Below, one piece after another: positions 1-4,432 of a DNA stretch of 12,053 nucleotides (positions are counted from its first letter, which is position 1; every line of letters starts with the position of its first letter). Position numbers and translations under genes: made by a program. The stretch is from the NCBI GenBank assembly GCA_045862955.1, contig BTVI01000066.1, positions 1 to 12,053 of the forward strand, given 5' to 3'. The DNA comes from Fimbriimonadales bacterium (lineage in GTDB: Bacteria; Armatimonadota; Fimbriimonadia; Fimbriimonadales; JABRVX01). The notes below the pieces were generated by a model, which did no database searches, was not told the origin of the DNA, and saw only the letters and a program-made list of their open reading frames with translations.

Positions 1-427
1 GTGTGGACTGCCATGTATGGGATGTGCGGTGGTTGGGTACCGTCATGCTGTGCCTGTCGAAGCATGGCGGTACCTGCCGAAACCTCTCACTGGTTGGGCC
101 TACCTTGCGGCTCAGGGTGTCTTGCTTCGACTGGCTCAGCATGACGGCGTGGGCCGCGAGCCTCACTCCGTACGCTCCCACCATGCGGCTCACGGTGTCA
201 TCCTTCGACAGGCTCAGCATGACGGGTTGGGGCGGGCCGAGAAGCTCGCTCAGTACGCTGCCACCATGCGGCTCACCACGTCATCCTTCGACAAGCTCAG
301 GATGACGGGTTGGGGAGGGCCGAGAAGCTCGCTCCGTACGCTGCCACCATGCGGCTTACGGTGTCATCCTTCGACAGGCTCATCCTTCGACAAGCTCAGG
401 ATGACGGGTTGGGGAGGGCCGAGAGGC

Positions 428-484
428 CTAGCCATCGCGTTCGATAAGGCGGGCGGCCGAGCTCCCGCTCCCACCGGAGGCGGG
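428..484 (-). pseudogene. Diverged remnant of the 3' end (about 18 codons plus stop) of the fliT-like gene
   Basis: 428-484 aligns without gaps to 949-1005 (44/57 identical by hand count; 29/33 nearest the stop). It translates on the minus strand as ...SAARLIERDG*, versus ...SSPRLIEREG* in the intact gene. The frame is closed by a stop about 42 codons upstream. Confidence 0.7.
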
Positions 485-487
485 GAC

Positions 488-600
488 GCAGGCAGTGTGA
501 CGTAGGGGCTGCGGTGCAGGAGCTGTGATGTAGGGGCTGGGTTGTAGGAGATGTCACGCAGCACACGGCATGCAGGGACCGTCAGGTAGGAGATGTCACG
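488..600. repeat. Two pairs of short direct repeats between the REP blocks
   Basis: GCAGGnnnTGTGA[C/T]GTAGGGGCTG at 488-511 and 516-539; identical GTAGGAGATGTCACG at 544-558 and 586-600. Confidence 0.75.
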
Positions 601-948
601 TAGGGCCTGTCATATAGAGGATCTGCGGTTATCCGGTACCGTCATGCTGAGCCTGTCGAAGCATGGCGGTACCTGCCGCAACCTCTCACAGGATGGGCCT
701 ACCATGCGGCCCGCGCCGTCATGCTTCGACAGGCTCAGCATGACGGGCTGGGGCGGGCCGCGAGCCTCACTCCGTACGCTGCTACCACGCGGCCCGTGAT
801 GCCCTCCTTCCACAGGCTCATCCTTCGACAAGCTCAGGATGACGGATTGGGGCGGGCCGTGAGGCTCGCTCCGTACGCTCCCACCATGCGGCTCACCACC
901 TCATCCTTCGACAAGCTCAGGATGACGGATCGGGGAGGGCCGTGAGGG

Positions 949-1287
949 CTAGCCCTCGCGCTCGATAAGGCGGGGGGACGAATCGTCGCTGCCAGCGTAG
1001 GCGGCCTGGGCTTGCTTCGAGCGGTGTACGGCACCCAGACGGCTCTTGACTCCCTCGATCTCGGCCTCTAGGACCTTCAGCAAGCGTGTGTCGAGGGCGC
1101 CTGCTCGGCGCAGGGCTTCCAGGTGCTCTAGGCTGGGGGGGCACTTCTCCAGATCCTGAAGCACGGCCTCTCGTTCCCGAACGAGTTGTCCGGCGAGCGG
1201 GTGGTCGCCCAACACCCAGGCCTGCTCGATCTCTAGCGTCAGCGCGCACAGGCGCTCGATCGCGGCTGCGACATCAGGCGACTTCAT
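949..1287 (-). CDS. Small helical flagellar-associated protein, probably FliT-like chaperone
   Basis: 112 aa with an amphipathic helical pattern (LVREREAVLQDLE; LDTRLLKVLEAEIEGVKSRL) and a C-terminal AAY. It overlaps the fliS 3' end by 14 nt, the canonical fliD-fliS-fliT position. The identity rests on size and synteny. Confidence 0.7.
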   Translation of the reverse strand: MKSPDVAAAIERLCALTLEIEQAWVLGDHPLAGQLVREREAVLQDLEKCPPSLEHLEALRRAGALDTRLLKVLEAEIEGVKSRLGAVHRSKQAQAAYAGSDDSSPRLIEREG

Positions 1288-1678
1288 TCTGTTTCTGCTT
1301 CTCCTGCGCTGCTAGGATCGCCCAGGATTCGCGCAGCTCGCCCAGCAGCCGGGCGACTTCCTGCACAGCATTGGGATCGTCGTTTACGTTGGCCTCCACC
1401 AGACGGTTGCTCATGTAGCCATAGAGGCCCAACAGGTTTGCGGCCACTTCCCCGCCTTGCTCCATGTCGAGGCAGACCGTAAGCTCGGTGAGGATGGCCT
1501 GAGCGCGCGTCAGGCTCTCGTTCTGCTGGTCCAGATCTCGGCGCTCCATGGCGGCGCGTCCTCGCTCCAGGAACCGCAGGGCACCGTCGTACAGCATGAG
1601 GATCAGGTCCAAAGGCGAGGCCGTTTCCACCGCGGTCTTGCGGTAGGCGGCAAGCTGACGTCCCGAAGTTACCGTCAC
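1274..1678 (-). CDS. fliS: Flagellar export chaperone FliS
   Basis: 134 aa with FliS hallmarks: AYRKTAVETASPLDLILMLYDGALRFL, AQAILTEL..LDMEQGGEVAANLLGLYGYM..RLVEAN, LLGELRESW. GTG start with GGAGGAG upstream (1682-1688). Confidence 0.95.
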   Translation of the reverse strand: MTVTSGRQLAAYRKTAVETASPLDLILMLYDGALRFLERGRAAMERRDLDQQNESLTRAQAILTELTVCLDMEQGGEVAANLLGLYGYMSNRLVEANVNDDPNAVQEVARLLGELRESWAILAAQEKQKQNEVA

Positions 1679-1758
1679 GCACTCCTCCGTCTATGCACCG
1701 ATTCACCAATGGATTGGCCAAATGGCGTCCATTGGACAGGCTGCTGATATCGCGGGGC

Positions 1759-4038
1759 CTAGCCGGACCCCCAGTTCTTCATGAGCATCGTGAGCCGCGA
1801 TTGCTGGGCCTGCAGGCTCGCGATGAGGCTCTCGAGTTGGGCGAAGCGCCTCTTCAGCTCGTCTCCCCGCCTGGTCACGGTCTCTTGGATGCGCTCCATG
1901 GCGGCGTCCAAGTCGTCAATCTGGGCCTGCAGCTGCTTGTCCTGCTCGGTCAGGGCGCCGGTGGTCGGGTCCGTCAGGGCAGCCACCGCATCGGAGACCG
2001 AAGATGCGATGCCTCGGGTGAAGGTCACCGTGCCGTAGGTTCCCGGAGCGGTCGCGGTCACCAGGAGGGCAAGGCCCGCCGTATACTCGTTCAGGTCGTC
2101 GCCCGTGAGAATCTGGCCGTTGCCCGTGGCCAACTCGCCGTTGATGGTTCCCGCCACATCCAATCCTACGGCCTGCAACTCGGTGGTCCCGATTCCGCTG
2201 TTGTTCGAGCTAGCTTCCAGGTTGGAAACGACCGTGAAGCTCTTGCTCGAGCCGTAAGCCGCGGAGGTGAGAACCAGCTTGCCCTCGGCGTCCTTCGAGG
2301 CGGTAACGAGCCCGCGCAGCGAGGCATGCGAGTTGATCTGGGCTATGGTATCGTCCACGGTGTTTCCCACGCTTATCGAGATGCTGACCGGGGTGTTGCC
2401 GAACAAGCTCCCTGAGAAAGTGAGGGTCTCTGCCTCCGTGCTGGCCTCGGTTTGCGCCGTGCCGGCGGTAGTGCTTGCTTTCGTCGCAGCTTGCGTGATC
2501 ACGACCTCGTAGCCGCCAGTCGGGGAGGTGCGAGTCTTCGAGGTAGCGCTGAGAAACTGGACGTAGGGGCTGCTGGGGGTACCTACGGCCATGAGCAGGC
2601 TCTTCACAGAATCGAGGCTGTCGTTCAGGGCCGAAGTCAGGGTCGAGTCGTTCACGCTCAGCTTGCCGTCCTCGCCGAGGGACACACCGATGAGGGCCAA
2701 CGAGTTCAGCGAGTCCGAGCTTAGCCCTTCCACGGCTGCTGTCATGCGCGCCGTGATGATATCCATATTCGACGTAATGTTGTAGTCGCCGAATAGGGGG
2801 CCGGTCTCGTACGTTTCCGAATCGAACTTGGAAAAGGAAGCGACAAACTCGCGTAGGGAGTTATAAGCAGAAACGAAGTTGTTGACCGAGGCTTTCACAG
2901 CATCCAGGTCTCGCGAAACCGTGAGCGTAATGGGGCCCCCACCCGCCTCTAGCAACCTCAGCGTCCCTCCGGCGATTACCGAGGTTATGGTGTTCGAGGA
3001 GCTTGTGAGACTCACACCGTCCAGCGTGTACTCGGCATCCTGAGCTGCAAGAAGCTGGTTGTTCGGGGTAGCCTGCAGAATCCCCAGGTTCTCCAGGATG
3101 TGCTGGTCGTCCACGAACGTGGGCGTGCCGGACTCTCCCACGATCTTGAGTTGGTACCTGGTCGCTCCGTCTTGCGTAACGGTCTCCACCGATGCGGTAA
3201 CCCCCGGAATCGCCGCATCGTTGATCTTCTGCGCGATAGTGGTGAGCGAGTCCGTTGTCAGGTCTATGGACACTGCGATGCTGTTGATGCTGATATTGCC
3301 AGGCGGGAAGTTGGTTACCTTGAGCAACGGTCCGAGCGCGGTGTTCGGGTCCGTGAAGGTAGCGCTGAGCGCCCCGTTCGTAGTTGGTTCCCTGACTGCC
3401 GTCGTAGATCCCTGCAACCCGAGGCTATCCAGCACCGAGGAGTCACCCACGTTGGACATCCGGATGGCGTACGCGGCGCCGGTCTTCTCGGAAGTGATTG
3501 ACAAGAACGTGTTGCCGGTACCGCCGCTGATGACCGAGGCTACGACGCCAGCGCCGGCGGAGTTGATGCGGGATGCAATCTGTGAGAGCGAATCAGTCTC
3601 TGCAACTTGGATTACCTTCTCGTTGATGAGGAAGGTGCCGGAAAGGCCCAGAGCACTCGTTGCGTCGGTCTGAGCCGCTGACGAGATCTTGTGCGCCTGT
3701 GCCAACTGAGCGATTTCCAGCGAATACACCCCCGGCTGCGCTCCGGTTCCAACGCTGAGTGTCGCTCTGGTGTCGGCTGACGAGGTGGCGCGGGTCGCGT
3801 TGTACGTGTTCGCGGTGTTGAGAGCGTCTCCAGCCGAACGCAAGGCCGCAAGACGCCCGCTGAATTGCTGGTACAGCGACAACCTGTTTTGAAGTTGCAG
3901 TTGCTGGCTCTGAAGACGGATGAGAGGACGCTGCTCGATAGCCAGGAGCTGTTTGATGATCGAGTCCGTGTCCAAACCCGTCGAGAGGCCGGCAAATGAG
4001 ATGGATGAGCGGCTGTAGAGGCTATCTCCTAAGCCCAT
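1759..4038 (-). CDS. fliD: Flagellar filament capping protein FliD (HAP2), long form
   Basis: N-terminal FAGLSTGLDTDSIIKQLLAIEQRPL, YSLEIAQLAQAHK, SLSQIASRIN, AAQDAEYTLDGVSLTSSSNTI, VNNFVSAYNSL, and a C-terminal coiled coil LKRRFAQLESLIASLQAQQSRL. GGAGGA Shine-Dalgarno at 4045-4050. Lies directly upstream of fliS. Confidence 0.95.
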   Translation of the reverse strand: MGLGDSLYSRSSISFAGLSTGLDTDSIIKQLLAIEQRPLIRLQSQQLQLQNRLSLYQQFSGRLAALRSAGDALNTANTYNATRATSSADTRATLSVGTGAQPGVYSLEIAQLAQAHKISSAAQTDATSALGLSGTFLINEKVIQVAETDSLSQIASRINSAGAGVVASVISGGTGNTFLSITSEKTGAAYAIRMSNVGDSSVLDSLGLQGSTTAVREPTTNGALSATFTDPNTALGPLLKVTNFPPGNISINSIAVSIDLTTDSLTTIAQKINDAAIPGVTASVETVTQDGATRYQLKIVGESGTPTFVDDQHILENLGILQATPNNQLLAAQDAEYTLDGVSLTSSSNTITSVIAGGTLRLLEAGGGPITLTVSRDLDAVKASVNNFVSAYNSLREFVASFSKFDSETYETGPLFGDYNITSNMDIITARMTAAVEGLSSDSLNSLALIGVSLGEDGKLSVNDSTLTSALNDSLDSVKSLLMAVGTPSSPYVQFLSATSKTRTSPTGGYEVVITQAATKASTTAGTAQTEASTEAETLTFSGSLFGNTPVSISISVGNTVDDTIAQINSHASLRGLVTASKDAEGKLVLTSAAYGSSKSFTVVSNLEASSNNSGIGTTELQAVGLDVAGTINGELATGNGQILTGDDLNEYTAGLALLVTATAPGTYGTVTFTRGIASSVSDAVAALTDPTTGALTEQDKQLQAQIDDLDAAMERIQETVTRRGDELKRRFAQLESLIASLQAQQSRLTMLMKNWGSG

Positions 4039-4284
4039 CTGCTATCCTCCGTGATGGATATGCTCCTGGGTGCATCGTTCCCTATTCGTATCAGCGCACT
4101 CACATGCATATGTTCGGGAGTTGGCGGTCGCGCGTCGAATCCGATCAGTACCCTTGCGAGATTTGTGGCGCCGGGTGTCGAATCTCGCCTGGAGAGGACC
4201 AGGTCTCGGGGGCGCCTGACCGGTAAACTGCACAGGAGGCGGCGCGTAGGCCGCGGTCAGGGATGGCCGCAGGGCGTGGAGAAG

Positions 4285-4370
4285 TGGTGCCGAAGGTGGG
4301 AGTCGAACCCACACGAGGTTGCCCTCAACGGTTTTTGAGACCGCCGCGTCTACCGTTCCGCCACTTCGGC
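4285..4370 (-). tRNA. tRNA-Leu (anticodon CAA)
   Basis: Reverse complement is GCCGAAGTGGCGGAACGGTAGACGCGGCGGTCTCAAAAACCGTTGAGGGCAACCTCGTGTGGGTTCGACTCCCACCTTCGGCACCA. It has acceptor stem GCCGAAG/CTTCGGC, anticodon loop CT-CAA-AA, a long variable arm, T-loop GTTCGAC, discriminator A and an encoded CCA. Confidence 0.97.
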
Positions 4371-4402
4371 AGGTTCCCCGGGGGTCGGGGCAGGCTCTAG
4401 GA

Positions 4403-4432
4403 AGTGTAGAACAGCCATGAGCGATAAGTCAA
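4403..4432 (-). promoter_or_regulatory. Putative sigma70-type promoter for tRNA-Leu
   Basis: Minus strand TTGACT (4432-4427), an 18-nt spacer, then TACACT (4408-4403), ending 32 nt upstream of the mature tRNA 5' end. The -35 box lies inside the first codons of polA. Confidence 0.6.

Larger units (their letters stand above)
36..945. repeat. REP/BIME-like palindromic repeat cluster (27-bp core GTCAT[C/G]CTTCGACA[A/G]GCTCAG[G/C]ATGAC in ~83-bp units)
   Basis: Cores read directly at 42-68 (inverted), 119-145, 197-223, 280-306, 379-405 (partial copy from 363), 641-667 (inverted), 718-744, 817-843 (degenerate partial copy from 801) and 900-926. Each core has an 8-bp terminal inverted repeat (GTCATCCT/AGGATGAC or GTCATGCT/AGCATGAC). 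Spacings 197-280-363, 718-801 and 817-900 are all 83 bp, and the linkers resemble each other (GGGTTGGGGAGGGCCGAGAAGCTCGCTCCGTACGCTGCCACCATGCGGCT). Confidence 0.9.

Noticed and set aside
119..926. CRISPR array (regularly spaced palindromic 27-bp repeats)
   Set aside because: The intervening ~56-bp sequences are near-copies of each other rather than unique spacers, some repeats are inverted, and no cas genes or AT-rich leader are present.
3..945. ORFs 3-305, 17-505, 364-564, 593-799, 610-831 and 721-945
   Set aside because: They are translations of the repeat (SSFDKLRMT, ILRQAQDD, VILSLSKD) occurring in several frames on both strands, with no independent coding evidence.
428..1005. Diversity-generating retroelement template/variable repeat pair at the fliT-like gene 3' end
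   Set aside because: Mismatches between 428-484 and 949-1005 are not confined to adenines on either strand, and no reverse transcriptase is present.
1693..3673. Long antisense and alternative-frame ORFs over fliD (e.g. 1693-2415, 3059-3673), and similar ones over polA, nadC, ubiD and 9651-10460
   Set aside because: These are shadow ORFs expected in GC-rich coding DNA. They overlap well-supported genes and have no recognisable motifs.
4221..4275. c-di-GMP-I riboswitch-like string (GGTAAAC...GGCGC...GCCGCGG) near the flagellar genes
   Set aside because: It is on the strand opposite fliD and lacks the GAAA tetraloop and the GCAAA junction.
4285..4370. Genomic island integrated at tRNA-Leu
   Set aside because: No integrase and no duplicated tRNA 3' end downstream within the window; the flanking genes are ordinary chromosomal genes.
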